Source of the DNA: an uncultured Spirochaetota bacterium
Lineage (GTDB): Bacteria > Spirochaetota > Spirochaetia > SZUA-6 > Fen-1364
Direction: 5' to 3'
Assembly (NCBI GenBank): GCA_963820525.1
Contig: CAWGAA010000001.1
Span: 1,344,001 to 1,408,000, forward strand
DNA length: 64,000 bases
The translations under genes were made by a program, and so were the position numbers. The notes under the pieces were generated by a model, which saw only the letters and a list, made by a program, of their open reading frames with translations, was not told where the DNA came from and made no database searches. Every line of letters starts with the position of its first letter. Positions within the stretch are counted from its first letter, which is position 1. This document shows, piece after piece, positions 50,351 to 60,025 of the stretch.

Positions 50351-51368
50351 GCTCGATCAGCCCAGCACCTGGCAAGGTCTCCCCGATGATCGTGGCTGGC
50401 ACTCCGGCCTGCCTGAGAGCTGCCACGGCGGACTCTGCCTTCGCGGCCCTCACCGCCGCGAGCAGGCCTCCCGATGTCTGCGGGTCGAAGAGGATGTTCA
50501 CCAGGTCCTCGTCCGCGGTCTTCTTTCCCGTGATGAACTTCAGGCGGAAGCTCTTGTTCCGCTTCGTGCCGCCCGGAACCGTCTTCATGAGCGCGTAGTC
50601 GCCGGCGGAGGGAAGGAGAGGCACCGCGCTCGAGTCAATCCTGATGTTGCAGGAAGAGCCGGATGCCATCTCGCAGGTGTGCCCCAGCAGGCCGAAGCCC
50701 GTGACGTCGGTGCACGCGCTGACGGGGAATCTCCGAAGCACTTCGCACGCCTTGCGGTTGAGGGCGCTCATGCTCTCACATGCCGCGGCCAGCGCTTCTC
50801 CTGATGCCTTGCCCGCCTTGGCCGCCGTGGTGATGAGCCCCGTGCCGATCGGCTTGGTGAGGATGATCCTCTCGCCCCCCTTGATCGCGTTGTTCAGCCA
50901 GACCTTTGCGGGATGAACGATACCGGTGACCGCATAGCCGAGCTTCGGCTCAGCGTCATCGATGCTGTGCCCGCCGACGAGGGGGCAGTCTGCGTCGTCC
51001 AGCGCAGAGAGGCCGCCTTCCATCATCTTTACCAGGATGGCCATGTCCAGGGTCTCGACGGGAAAGCCCACGAGGCAGACGGCCGTGCTTGGGCTGCCGC
51101 CCATGGCGTACACGTCGGAAAGGGCGTTCGCCGCCGCGATCCGTCCAAAGGTGAAAGGGTCGTCCACGATCGGCGGGAAGAAGTCCACCGTGTGCACCAG
51201 CGCGCGCTCATCATCGAGGCGCAGAACCCCCGCGTCCTCGCTTCGTCTGAAGTCGGCGATGAGCTGGGGGTATGTGCGCTGAGAGAGGCCGCATAGTGCC
51301 TGGTCCAGGACGCCCGGCCCCAGCTTTGCCCCGCAACCGGCGAATCGAGAATACGATGTCAGACCCAT
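50343..51368 (-). CDS. selD: Selenophosphate synthetase (Cys form)
   Basis: GCGAK, EDAGV, TVDFFPP, ANALSDVYAMGG, GGHS, TDVTGFGL, DPQTSGGLL. Confidence 0.95.
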   Translation of the reverse strand: MGLTSYSRFAGCGAKLGPGVLDQALCGLSQRTYPQLIADFRRSEDAGVLRLDDERALVHTVDFFPPIVDDPFTFGRIAAANALSDVYAMGGSPSTAVCLVGFPVETLDMAILVKMMEGGLSALDDADCPLVGGHSIDDAEPKLGYAVTGIVHPAKVWLNNAIKGGERIILTKPIGTGLITTAAKAGKASGEALAAACESMSALNRKACEVLRRFPVSACTDVTGFGLLGHTCEMASGSSCNIRIDSSAVPLLPSAGDYALMKTVPGGTKRNKSFRLKFITGKKTADEDLVNILFDPQTSGGLLAAVRAAKAESAVAALRQAGVPATIIGETLPGAGLIELT

Positions 51369-51382
51369 CCTTTTGCCTCGAT

Positions 51383-52429
51383 CTATCGTTTCGACTTGGC
51401 GGGCCCCGGCACACCCCCAAGCCCGGCGTTCCGACGGACGGCCACGATCTCCCCGAGAATCGAAACAGCGATCTCAGCGGGAGTCTCGGCCGCGATGTCC
51501 AGCCCGATCGGCGCATGCAAGGCATCGACACGCGCCTTGTCGAAGCCGTCGCTAGCGGCCTGGGCACGGAGGAGCTTCGCCTTGCGCGCGCTGCCGATGA
51601 AGCCCGCGTAGCGATATGTCCTTGCCAGCACGCCGCGGATGCACTCCAGGTCGAAGAGGTGTCCCCGCGTGACGATGACGGTATAGGTGGCAGAGTCGAA
51701 GGGAAATGCCTTGATTGCATCGGTATAGCCGGCACAGACGGTCCTCACCGCGGGCGGAAATCGGCCCGGAGCGGCGAAATCCTGCCGGTCGTCCACCACC
51801 GTCACCTCGAAGTCGAGCCCTGCGGCAATCGCGGCGAGGGCCTGCCCCACGTGCCCGCCGCCGAGGATGAGGAGCTTCTCCTGGGGGAAGACCGGATCGT
51901 AGAAAAGCCCGTTCTCCTCCGAGAGCAGCGGCCTTCCAGTGGCCATGCAGAACGCCGCGGCTTGCTGATCGAGCTCGAATCCGCATGGCGGCGGGCCCGA
52001 TTCCTCCAGCACCGCCATGGACACGACGCCGGCGGCCCCTCCCGCCATGCCCTCCAGCTTCTTCACCAATACAGTACGGCGGCCGGCCTCCAGGGCCTGG
52101 TAGGCCGAGCTATAGGGCATGATATCGGGGACGTACTCCACGAGCATGGTGCCCGTGCCGCCGCACACCATGTTCGGACCCTCCGCCTCGACGCCCTGCA
52201 TCTCCACCGTGATGGTCCGGGAGCACTTTTCCTCGATGCTGCGCAACGCGGCATCGAGAGCCATGGCCTCGCCTCTGCCGCCGCCCACCGTTCCGACGAT
52301 CTCTCCCGTCCGCCGTACGAGCATCTTGGACCCCGCGTGGCGCGGGACCGAGCCCTGGGTGCCGATCACCGTGACAAGGGCGACTCCACCGCCGCTTCCG
52401 GCCGCTGCCCTGATGACCTCCACGCTCAT
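51383..52429 (-). CDS. xdhC: XdhC/CoxF-family molybdoenzyme maturation factor
   Basis: GSVPR, GTVGGG, CGG, GGGHVG, TRGH..D, GFIGS..K, APIGLDI.AETPAEIA. Confidence 0.92.
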   Translation of the reverse strand: MSVEVIRAAAGSGGGVALVTVIGTQGSVPRHAGSKMLVRRTGEIVGTVGGGRGEAMALDAALRSIEEKCSRTITVEMQGVEAEGPNMVCGGTGTMLVEYVPDIMPYSSAYQALEAGRRTVLVKKLEGMAGGAAGVVSMAVLEESGPPPCGFELDQQAAAFCMATGRPLLSEENGLFYDPVFPQEKLLILGGGHVGQALAAIAAGLDFEVTVVDDRQDFAAPGRFPPAVRTVCAGYTDAIKAFPFDSATYTVIVTRGHLFDLECIRGVLARTYRYAGFIGSARKAKLLRAQAASDGFDKARVDALHAPIGLDIAAETPAEIAVSILGEIVAVRRNAGLGGVPGPAKSKR

Positions 52430-52574
52430 GACGCCTTCCTCTTGCGTCCCGGGACGCTCATCCTGCTGCTCCCGTTCCGTCACCTCGCCGTCGCGAAGCT
52501 CGCAGATCCTTTTCCCAGCAGCTCCGCCTCGAAACGATCCTGCGTCACCGGGTATCAGGGACTAGGACATTCCC

Positions 52575-52760
52575 TCACGCCTTCTTTATTTCTATCTGCA
52601 GCTTTTTGAGGGTGGCCGCGCCGTAATACTTGCAGCCTCTCTGAACGTCATCCGGTTCGATCTTATGCTCCTCCAGGAGCTTCTTCACTTTACCCAGCGA
52701 CACTCCCAAAGCTTCCGCAAGTTTTGCCGCCGTATACAGTGAATCCTTCATTGGTGCCAT
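52575..52760 (-). CDS. Small basic HTH-like protein
   Basis: GAAGGAG SD; YTAAKLAEALGVSLGKVKKLL resembles a MerR/excisionase-type HTH. Confidence 0.6.
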   Translation of the reverse strand: MAPMKDSLYTAAKLAEALGVSLGKVKKLLEEHKIEPDDVQRGCKYYGAATLKKLQIEIKKA

Positions 52761-52891
52761 GACGCGACTCCTTCCGTATGTATCATGAATCATATTCCCT
52801 CTCGTACGGCAGTCAAGTCAGATAACCGGGGCAATCTCGAGTGAACCTGGATTGGCCGCCGCTGACAAAATGAGGGTTTGCGGTGCAATCG

Positions 52892-53212
52892 CTACTGGAG
52901 CACTGATTTCGGTGTGGGCAAGAGCGGATTGACGACGATCGAAGAGATATCCAGCATCGTTTCGACTTTTGGCTCGATTGTCTTCTTCCAATGCCCGCTC
53001 CCGTACACCTTTGTGTACAGCCTCTTGCGTTCCGCCTCGTCCTTGAACCTTCGAAGCCAAACATAGAGCGTGGGGTCCTCCAGCGCGGTGAAGCTCCCAG
53101 CAACTACCATACCTTTGGACACTTGAAATGGGATGATCTCCTCCTCCATGAGCTTCACCCATTGTTTCATTTTTCCTTTTTTTATTCGATACTGCCGAAG
53201 CTCGTAAATCAT
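52892..53212 (-). CDS. NIPSNAP-family protein
   Basis: MIYELRQYRIKKGK...LLPTPKS; AAGGAGG SD. Confidence 0.85.
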   Translation of the reverse strand: MIYELRQYRIKKGKMKQWVKLMEEEIIPFQVSKGMVVAGSFTALEDPTLYVWLRRFKDEAERKRLYTKVYGSGHWKKTIEPKVETMLDISSIVVNPLLPTPKSVLQ

Positions 53213-53425
53213 CAAATCCTCCTTATGCCGTCCACTCATCGGGCCTGGGGCGTGTGCCCACGAGAGGGGCCCGCCAGTCGACCACTCTAAATATCGGTAC
53301 CATTTTCCTCTTGGCGACCACGATGGCCCACAGGGACTGTTGAATGCAAACGATCTCTCTTTTCAACTGCGCCGGGTTTTGCCCCGCAGGGCTGTCCAAT
53401 AGCTATGGAGGCGCTTTCCGCAGGC

Positions 53426-55522
53426 TTACACGTGGTAATCTTTGCGCAGCGCTTCCCGGACACAGTAGGTGCCGGCGGCGAACACCCAGCCCAGCGCTCC
53501 CCAGGTGTCGCCTTTCTTGATCAGCCCGTCATCGACTCCCTGGTGGCTGCAGGCAAAACCTTCCTCCTGCATGCCCTCACCACAGAGCCCATAGAGGCTG
53601 CCCGGCAAAGAGAGAAGCTGTTGCGTGCCATGGAGAATCAACTCCGACACATCGCGATAGACGCGCTCCCCTGTCTGGGCGGAAAGCTTCAGCCAGCCGG
53701 GAAGAAACCACAACGAGTAATTGTCCACCACCCCGGCCCCCCAGAGTATGCTGATGCCGCCCCACCCCCTCGATTTGAAGGAATAGGAGTGCAGGCGCGT
53801 GCCCTCCTCGAATGGAACGTCCCAGAGATGGTTCCACGTGAGGGCCATGCCGCCCGCGCGGGCGGCGCCGCTGAGGTAGTCACGTTCCCCCGTCAGATCG
53901 TACAGCCCCAAAAGAGCCATCATGGGATAGGCCATTCCTTCCTTATCCACAATATTGGGATTGTCCAGCGTGCCTCCGCAATAATTCACGCTCTGGATGA
54001 CTTCCTCCAGAAGCCAATCGCCGGCGCGCAGGGCTGCGTGAAGAAACGCCTTATCTCCGGTCAACCCATGGAGCCGCACAAGAAAAGGAATGACGGTCGA
54101 CGTAGAGGACTTGTTTGCACGCTCGCTTGCTCCAAACCATTCCGCCGGCGTCGTGATTGCAAGCCCGCTCTGCGAATATGCGCGGTACCAGGATCCATCC
54201 CCATTCTGCGTTCGCAAAAAGAATTGACCGAGCTCTGACGCTGCCGCCGGAACGCCGGGGTCCCTCAAAACCGAGGCGAGCAGGCACAGATCCTGACCCG
54301 CCTCCGCCATATTGCGCACATAGTTGCCTGCCGGAGCATCCTTCACGCCATAATGCAAGCAAGACCCGATCTCGTCGCCAAAGGGGGCAATGGCGCGATG
54401 CCGGGCAGCATCGTACAGGGTGTGGAGGAAGCCGCTCGGTGTTCTGCAGGCCTGGAGGAACGAGCGAGTGATCTGCGCAGCGGCACGCAGCCAATCATCC
54501 TTCCCCCAACTGGCCAGCATGAAGGCATTGTTGAGCTGGCGGCCGGTAAAGCCGTATTCCAGGATCCGGGGAAACACTTCGCTTTTCAGGGTGTTGAAGC
54601 CGGTCCCATAGCCGCTCGGCGCCGACTCCCTGCCTACACGGGGATCGAAGTTCAGCGCGAGCCCCGTATGGCCGTTCCAGTTCCGCACAAGCCCGGAAAG
54701 ACACGTTATCCGCGCTCGAACGCAATCAGCCGGATCGCGGTCGGACCTTACCGGCTCGGGCCTGCTGTGCTTATAGGCGCGAGCATAGGCTTCAAAGCAG
54801 GCTTTATCAAAGCCTTCGGCGCTAAAACCCTCGATGAGGTACGTTGCCACGATTCGACGAGTGGGATGGGGAGGCAAAAATGCCATGAAAGGTTTCAGGG
54901 ATCTGCCGTGCATCCTGCTGGATGGGAGCTCCGCATACGGGATGCACGCCGCCAGAGATGGCGACTGCTGCCTCCGGTCGAATCCGATGCCGCCGATTTC
55001 AGTCGAATGAAGGAACTCGCTTTCGCCCGGCTTGCGGTCGGCCGCCGCGCTCATCTGCGCCGGGACCAGGCGATTCAGCAGGATCGCCTCCCCCGTTCCT
55101 TCATTGTATGCCATGACCAACGGATACGATGTGCGCTCTTCCGACACGATCGCATGGCCCTTCGCGTCCTCGACGGGGCAATAGTCATAGCAGGCGCCGG
55201 GGATGAAAAACTTCCACGTCCCCTGCGCGATTGCGACGCTGAATCGAACGTTGACTCCCTGCCCTGAATCGGATCGGCCGCTCACCAGAATCTCGCGCGT
55301 CAGCCGCACGCCCCGGGGCGTTCTCTCCCACACATCGACCAGGTGAAGGTCCATGCCTCCGACTCTGACATCCGCGATTCCCCGGAACGCCTGCACACGC
55401 ACCTCTTCAAGGCCGTGGTAGCTCAGGGGGTGCGGGGATTCGTTTCTTATGGAGAACTGCGATTCAACGGCGCGTCCATCGAGGTTCACGGAGTTGTCGA
55501 TCTTCTCAAGAATAAATCGCAT
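53426..55522 (-). CDS. Uncharacterised 698-aa protein, probable glycoside hydrolase/epimerase-like (beta domain plus alpha/alpha barrel)
   Basis: Last gene of a sugar ABC operon; repeats such as QNGDGSW, LHGLTGDKAFLHAA..AGDWL and LYDLTGERDYL. Confidence 0.6.
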   Translation of the reverse strand: MRFILEKIDNSVNLDGRAVESQFSIRNESPHPLSYHGLEEVRVQAFRGIADVRVGGMDLHLVDVWERTPRGVRLTREILVSGRSDSGQGVNVRFSVAIAQGTWKFFIPGACYDYCPVEDAKGHAIVSEERTSYPLVMAYNEGTGEAILLNRLVPAQMSAAADRKPGESEFLHSTEIGGIGFDRRQQSPSLAACIPYAELPSSRMHGRSLKPFMAFLPPHPTRRIVATYLIEGFSAEGFDKACFEAYARAYKHSRPEPVRSDRDPADCVRARITCLSGLVRNWNGHTGLALNFDPRVGRESAPSGYGTGFNTLKSEVFPRILEYGFTGRQLNNAFMLASWGKDDWLRAAAQITRSFLQACRTPSGFLHTLYDAARHRAIAPFGDEIGSCLHYGVKDAPAGNYVRNMAEAGQDLCLLASVLRDPGVPAAASELGQFFLRTQNGDGSWYRAYSQSGLAITTPAEWFGASERANKSSTSTVIPFLVRLHGLTGDKAFLHAALRAGDWLLEEVIQSVNYCGGTLDNPNIVDKEGMAYPMMALLGLYDLTGERDYLSGAARAGGMALTWNHLWDVPFEEGTRLHSYSFKSRGWGGISILWGAGVVDNYSLWFLPGWLKLSAQTGERVYRDVSELILHGTQQLLSLPGSLYGLCGEGMQEEGFACSHQGVDDGLIKKGDTWGALGWVFAAGTYCVREALRKDYHV

Positions 55523-55535
55523 GCGGATCTCCCGC

Positions 55536-56354
55536 TTATTTCAACCCCGCGGCCATGCCGAGCCCGGCAACGATCCGCTTGTTCAGGAAGATGTAGATCA
55601 CGATCACCGGCAGGACCGCCAGTATCATCGCAGCGAACGCCTGGGTGAAATTGGCGGTATATGTGGCAACCAGAAAACTGATGGCAACCTGCACCGTGCG
55701 GCTGCCGTCTCCCTGGGAGAGGAGCAGGGCGTAGAGCAGCTCGTTCCAACCGATGATGACCAGGAAGATGGAGGCCGTGATCGCTCCGGGAAGCGCGAGG
55801 GGCGCCGCGATGTGAAGGAAGGTCTGATGCACCGAAGCGCCGTCAAGGAGGCTCGCCTCGATGAACTCGGCGTACACGGCCTCCCTCATGTGCGTGCTGA
55901 TGATGAGAAAGGCGGTAGGCACGGAAACCCCCGCATAGACGAGCGCGATTCCGATGTCGCTGTTGTAGAGACCGATGCGGCTTATCATCAGGAAATAGGG
56001 GATCATGAAAGCACTGGTCGGTACGAAGAGCCCGAAGACGAGAAGGGAATGGAAGATCCGCTTCAGCGGGAAGCGGAACAGGAAGGCGAAGGAGGCCAGG
56101 AGCGCGATCACGGTGCCCAGGAGCGTGGATGCAAGGGACACGAACAGTGAGTTCATCAGGTAGAGAACCATCGGCTGCTCGGTCAGGACGCTGGCATAGT
56201 TCTGGAGGCTCCAGCGGATCGAAGCGAATGCGAGGGGGCTGGAGAAAAACTCGCGGTTGGGCAGGAAGGAGGAAAAGAGCAGCCACACAAGGGGGAACAG
56301 GATCACGATAAGAAAAAGGAGCAGCGCGATCCAGCGCAGGATCCGGCCGATCAT
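55536..56354 (-). CDS. Carbohydrate ABC permease (MalG-like)
   Basis: EASLLDGA EAA loop, WNE, six TM segments. Confidence 0.92.
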   Translation of the reverse strand: MIGRILRWIALLLFLIVILFPLVWLLFSSFLPNREFFSSPLAFASIRWSLQNYASVLTEQPMVLYLMNSLFVSLASTLLGTVIALLASFAFLFRFPLKRIFHSLLVFGLFVPTSAFMIPYFLMISRIGLYNSDIGIALVYAGVSVPTAFLIISTHMREAVYAEFIEASLLDGASVHQTFLHIAAPLALPGAITASIFLVIIGWNELLYALLLSQGDGSRTVQVAISFLVATYTANFTQAFAAMILAVLPVIVIYIFLNKRIVAGLGMAAGLK

Positions 56355-57229
56355 GACCACCTCCTGTCCGCGGCTCGCTGGAGGAGGGAGATGAGGCCCA
56401 TGAAACATGCCCCGCTTGCTATGGAAAAAAGCCCGGCTGACATCGTAAGCCCGAACTCACGCGCCCTCGTCATCTGGTAGAACATGAACAAAGGGAGCGT
56501 TATGGTGGCGTTGCCCGGTCCGCCCGAGGTCATGATGAGCGGATACTCGATCATCTTCAGGCAGAAAGAGGCGTTGAAGAGGATGTTGATGACGATCGCC
56601 CTCCTGATGAGAGGGAGCGTAATGAACAGGTCCTGTTGGGCCTTGTTCGCGCCGTCGATCTGGGCCGCCTCGTAGTATTCGCGCGGAATAACCGTCAACT
56701 GCGCGATGAAGATGAGCATCGTGAAGCCGACGTAAAGGACGAAGGGCAGCATGTTGGCTATCAGCGCGCTGCCTGTGCGGGAAAGCCATGAAAGGGCAAA
56801 ATGCGGCAAGCCGACAGCACGGAGGATCCCGTCTATCGGGCCGATCGTAGGGTTCAGCAGGAAGTACCACAAAAGGGCAAGCGAGGCGACCGAGAGCACG
56901 TTGGGAACGAAATAGACCGTGCGGAAAAAAGCCCAGCCCGGCGGCTTTCTGTACAGCACAAGCGCGATGAGCAGCCCCAGCGGCGTATGGATGAGGGTGC
57001 CCACGGAGATCCAGATCGCGGAGTTTGCCAGCGCTGTCATGAAGTCGGGGCGCCCAAGCAGGGCAGCGAAGTTCCTCGCGCCCACATACGCCATCGTGGT
57101 GATCCCATCCCATCGAAACAGGCTTACCGGGACGGTGTATGCAATGGGATAAAGATAGAATGCCGCGATCACGAGGAGGGCAGGCGAAAGGTACAGAAGC
57201 GCCGTGGAGAAGCGGATCTTGTTCTGCAT
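56351..57229 (-). CDS. Carbohydrate ABC permease (MalF-like)
   Basis: YEAAQIDGA, ITLP, GGPGNAT. Confidence 0.92.
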   Translation of the reverse strand: MQNKIRFSTALLYLSPALLVIAAFYLYPIAYTVPVSLFRWDGITTMAYVGARNFAALLGRPDFMTALANSAIWISVGTLIHTPLGLLIALVLYRKPPGWAFFRTVYFVPNVLSVASLALLWYFLLNPTIGPIDGILRAVGLPHFALSWLSRTGSALIANMLPFVLYVGFTMLIFIAQLTVIPREYYEAAQIDGANKAQQDLFITLPLIRRAIVINILFNASFCLKMIEYPLIMTSGGPGNATITLPLFMFYQMTRAREFGLTMSAGLFSIASGACFMGLISLLQRAADRRWS

Positions 57230-57244
57230 GTCCGAGCCCCGGCG

Positions 57245-57267
57245 GGCCGCGCCTCATCGGCGCGGCC
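57245..57267. repeat. Intercistronic stem-loop after the SBP gene
   Basis: ggccgcgcc-tcatc-ggcgcggcc, a perfect 9-bp stem. Confidence 0.6.
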
Positions 57268-57282
57268 GCACAGAAGCGGGGT

Positions 57283-58560
57283 TTACTGGCTGTTTGCTTG
57301 GTCCAGCGCCGCGGCAAACTCCGCCGGGGACATCTTGTTCAAGGCGAGCTGCTCGACGAGGCTCGGCAGCTGATTCATCGTGGGCGGCTTCAGAATGCGC
57401 GTGATCTGCACCATGCGCTGATCCGCGGTCGATGCAAGCTGGATGTTCGCCGCGAGCTTCGCGCCTGCCTGCGTCTGCTCGTCAGGCGTCAGGCTCAGCT
57501 TGCTCGCGAAGATGTCCTTCCCCTTGATCGCGAACTCTTTCATGATGGGCTCGGAGGTGTAGGTCTTCAGGAAGTCGACCACCGCGGTCTTTTGAGCGCT
57601 GCTCAGACGCGCACTTGCGGTCCAGGGCGTATTCGCATCTGTCACCACAAGGGACGGATCGCCCGCCTTTAGTCGGGGCGCGGGGGCCGCGACTGCCTGC
57701 GACGGGTCCTTCATCTGCCCCTCGAGGATGCCGATGAGCCAGGGTCCGTCTGCGATCACCGCGGTGCGGCCGGAAACGAAGTCCTGCACGCTCACGGCCC
57801 ATTTTCCTCCCACCGCGTCCGCCGCCGCGTACTTGAACAGCTTCTGCAGCATTGTCGCCGCCTGGACCATGGCGGGCGAGTTGAGGGACTTCGAGAATAC
57901 ATTCGGGCCGCCGGCCTCACCCGCGAAGTAGGTGAGGAGGTTGGTTGCGTGCCAGGCATCGTCAGCCGTGAACAGGGAAGCAGCGCCGACGCCGGCGCTC
58001 TTCAGCTTGTCCGCCATAGCGAAGAACTCGTCCCAGGTCTGCGGAGGGGAGGCGATACCGGCCTGCTGCAGCAGGGCTTTATTGAAATAAAAGATTACGG
58101 GACCCTGCTCCATCGGGATGGCGAGAAGCTGGCCGTTGTACGTCATGGTATCCAGATCGCTCTGATAGAAACGGCTCTTCCACTGCGCATCCATAGAGGG
58201 CGTGAAGTTCATGAGCTGGCCCGACTTGAACAGAGAAAGGTCGTTGGGGTTGAAGTTGAAGTAGAACACGTCAGGCGGCTCGTTCGCGGCGACCATGGTG
58301 CGGATCTTCTGCTGCATGGGCTGCCAGTCGGCGAAGTAGCTGAGCTGGATGTTTACCTTTCCGGCATGCTGGTCGTTGTACTGCTTCACAAAATCACGCA
58401 GCACCACTCCCCGCGCTTCCTGGGGGGTGAAGTGGAAATACACGGTGAAAGTCACCGCCTTGCCCTGAGCCGACTCCGTCTGTCCCGCCGAGAAGACCAA
58501 CGCGCTTGAAGCCAGAAAGAGGGCGGAAGCAAGGGCAATCCATTTGTTTCTCATGTTCAT
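57283..58560 (-). CDS. Sugar ABC transporter substrate-binding protein
   Basis: Signal peptide, PPDVF, YFNKALL, PQTWDEF, DGPW. Confidence 0.92.
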   Translation of the reverse strand: MNMRNKWIALASALFLASSALVFSAGQTESAQGKAVTFTVYFHFTPQEARGVVLRDFVKQYNDQHAGKVNIQLSYFADWQPMQQKIRTMVAANEPPDVFYFNFNPNDLSLFKSGQLMNFTPSMDAQWKSRFYQSDLDTMTYNGQLLAIPMEQGPVIFYFNKALLQQAGIASPPQTWDEFFAMADKLKSAGVGAASLFTADDAWHATNLLTYFAGEAGGPNVFSKSLNSPAMVQAATMLQKLFKYAAADAVGGKWAVSVQDFVSGRTAVIADGPWLIGILEGQMKDPSQAVAAPAPRLKAGDPSLVVTDANTPWTASARLSSAQKTAVVDFLKTYTSEPIMKEFAIKGKDIFASKLSLTPDEQTQAGAKLAANIQLASTADQRMVQITRILKPPTMNQLPSLVEQLALNKMSPAEFAAALDQANSQ

Positions 58561-58607
58561 ATCTGTCTCCTCCTCAACCTTTGATATTCCAGGCGATTCT
58601 GGAAGCG

Positions 58608-58651
58608 ATTGTAGAGGATACTACCATTTAAGTCAAGTGCCAATAACCATT
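58608..58651 (-). promoter_or_regulatory. Promoter/operator of the leftward ABC operon
   Basis: Minus strand TTGACT (58636-31), 17 nt, TACAAT (58613-08); AATGGT boxes on both sides of the -35. Confidence 0.7.
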
Positions 58652-58732
58652 ATACAAAATCAGGCTAAATATGATATAGTTGCCATTTTACAGGCTTTCT
58701 GAGTCTCTGGATTTGACGGTTGCGGAATTCCC

Positions 58733-59869
58733 TTACACCGCACGCGAGGGAGTAGAGCAGCTCTCTCGTATTTTCAACTCAGGCGAAAGGAGGACCTTGG
58801 TGACCGGCAGAGAGCGATTCCTGATGCGGCTGAGAATCTGCCTGCAAGCCTGCTTGCCGAGATCGAGCGTCGGGCTGTGAACGGTGGTGAGTGGCGGACT
58901 CGAGTGCAACGCGAGAGAAATGTCGTCGAATCCAACGATACTGAGTTCCTCGGGAATCCTTCGGAGATTCTTCAATCCGGCCGCGGCGCCAATCGCAAGG
59001 GTATCACTTGCGCAGAAGAGGGCGGTCATATCCGACGCCTGCTTCATGAGCGTCTGCGCCGCGATCGATCCATCGTCAACGGTCCAGCCGTCGACCTGAA
59101 TGACGAGGTCCTCCGCGAAAGAGACTCCGAACTCGGAGAGGGCCTTGAGATACCCCTCGAATCTGTCCCGGGCAGGGAGAGAGCTTCTTGGGCCGCGCAT
59201 GCAGCCGATCTTTCGATGGCCAAGCCCGAGGAGATATTTGGTGGCTTTGTGGGCTCCGCTCATGTTATTGACGCTCAGGGAATCGAACCGCTGATCGATG
59301 TCGTCGATACTCGGGTTGATGAGAACACAGGGAAGGCCGAGTTGCACTATCTGGTCCACGAGGTCGTTCGAGCTCGTTTCGGCTAGAAGGAACCCATCGA
59401 CCTTCCTGCCGAGGTCGGACACGATCTCCCCGTTCTCCCTCTCGTCATCATCAAGATAGGAGAAGATAAGGTGCCGCTTGGAGGCGCGGAGCTCAGCCTG
59501 AATGCCTTCCATGACCCTGTAGTAGTAAAAGTCGTCCTGAATGTTGCGCACCGGAACATGCTGTCTGCCTACCAGGAAACCGATGGTCCCGGTCTCCCGT
59601 GATTCCGCCTTATTTGCATCGAAATCCTTTGCTATATAGCTGCCGCTTCCCACCGTGCGGGTGACTACCCCCAGGTTGACAAGGCCGAGGATAGTGTTTC
59701 GCGCTGTGGTTCGGCTCACTTTGTAGAGCCTGGTGAGCTCCCGTTCGGAAGGGATCTTGTCTCCCGCCACCAGTTGTCCAGTCTTGATCTGGTCAAGGAG
59801 GATTTCCTTCAGCTGGTCTACGAGAGATTTATCCTGGCGTTTTATGAGTTGATCCATACATGACCCCAT
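58733..59869 (-). CDS. GntR-HTH / LacI-type sugar-binding hybrid regulator (AraR-like architecture)
   Basis: KIPSERELTRLYKVSRTT..GSGSY followed by GHRKIG, D.LAIG, IPEELSIVGFDD, PPLTTV. Confidence 0.92.
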   Translation of the reverse strand: MGSCMDQLIKRQDKSLVDQLKEILLDQIKTGQLVAGDKIPSERELTRLYKVSRTTARNTILGLVNLGVVTRTVGSGSYIAKDFDANKAESRETGTIGFLVGRQHVPVRNIQDDFYYYRVMEGIQAELRASKRHLIFSYLDDDERENGEIVSDLGRKVDGFLLAETSSNDLVDQIVQLGLPCVLINPSIDDIDQRFDSLSVNNMSGAHKATKYLLGLGHRKIGCMRGPRSSLPARDRFEGYLKALSEFGVSFAEDLVIQVDGWTVDDGSIAAQTLMKQASDMTALFCASDTLAIGAAAGLKNLRRIPEELSIVGFDDISLALHSSPPLTTVHSPTLDLGKQACRQILSRIRNRSLPVTKVLLSPELKIRESCSTPSRAV

Positions 59870-59876
59870 GCCTTGT

Positions 59877-60000
59877 AATGGTTATATCCACTACTCCGCA
59901 TGATGTCAATGGAAAACGCTGAACTTAATTTATGGTTATAATCACTTGACAACAATGGTATCCTTATCTATGATTAATGGTCATTTAGTGGACTGACCAT
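59877..60000. promoter_or_regulatory. Divergent promoters with repeated operator boxes
   Basis: Minus: TTGACA (59909-04), 17 nt, TATAAC (59886-81). Plus: TTGACA (59946-51), 17 nt, TATGAT (59969-74). Several ATGGT boxes and the palindrome ATGGTCA-N10-TGACCAT (59977-60000). Confidence 0.75.
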
Positions 60001-60025
60001 ATTTGAGATAGAGAGGAGGAGAGAC

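Noticed and set aside
51320..51368. Selenocysteine in SelD
   Set aside because: The active-site codon is TGC (Cys); there is no in-frame TGA.
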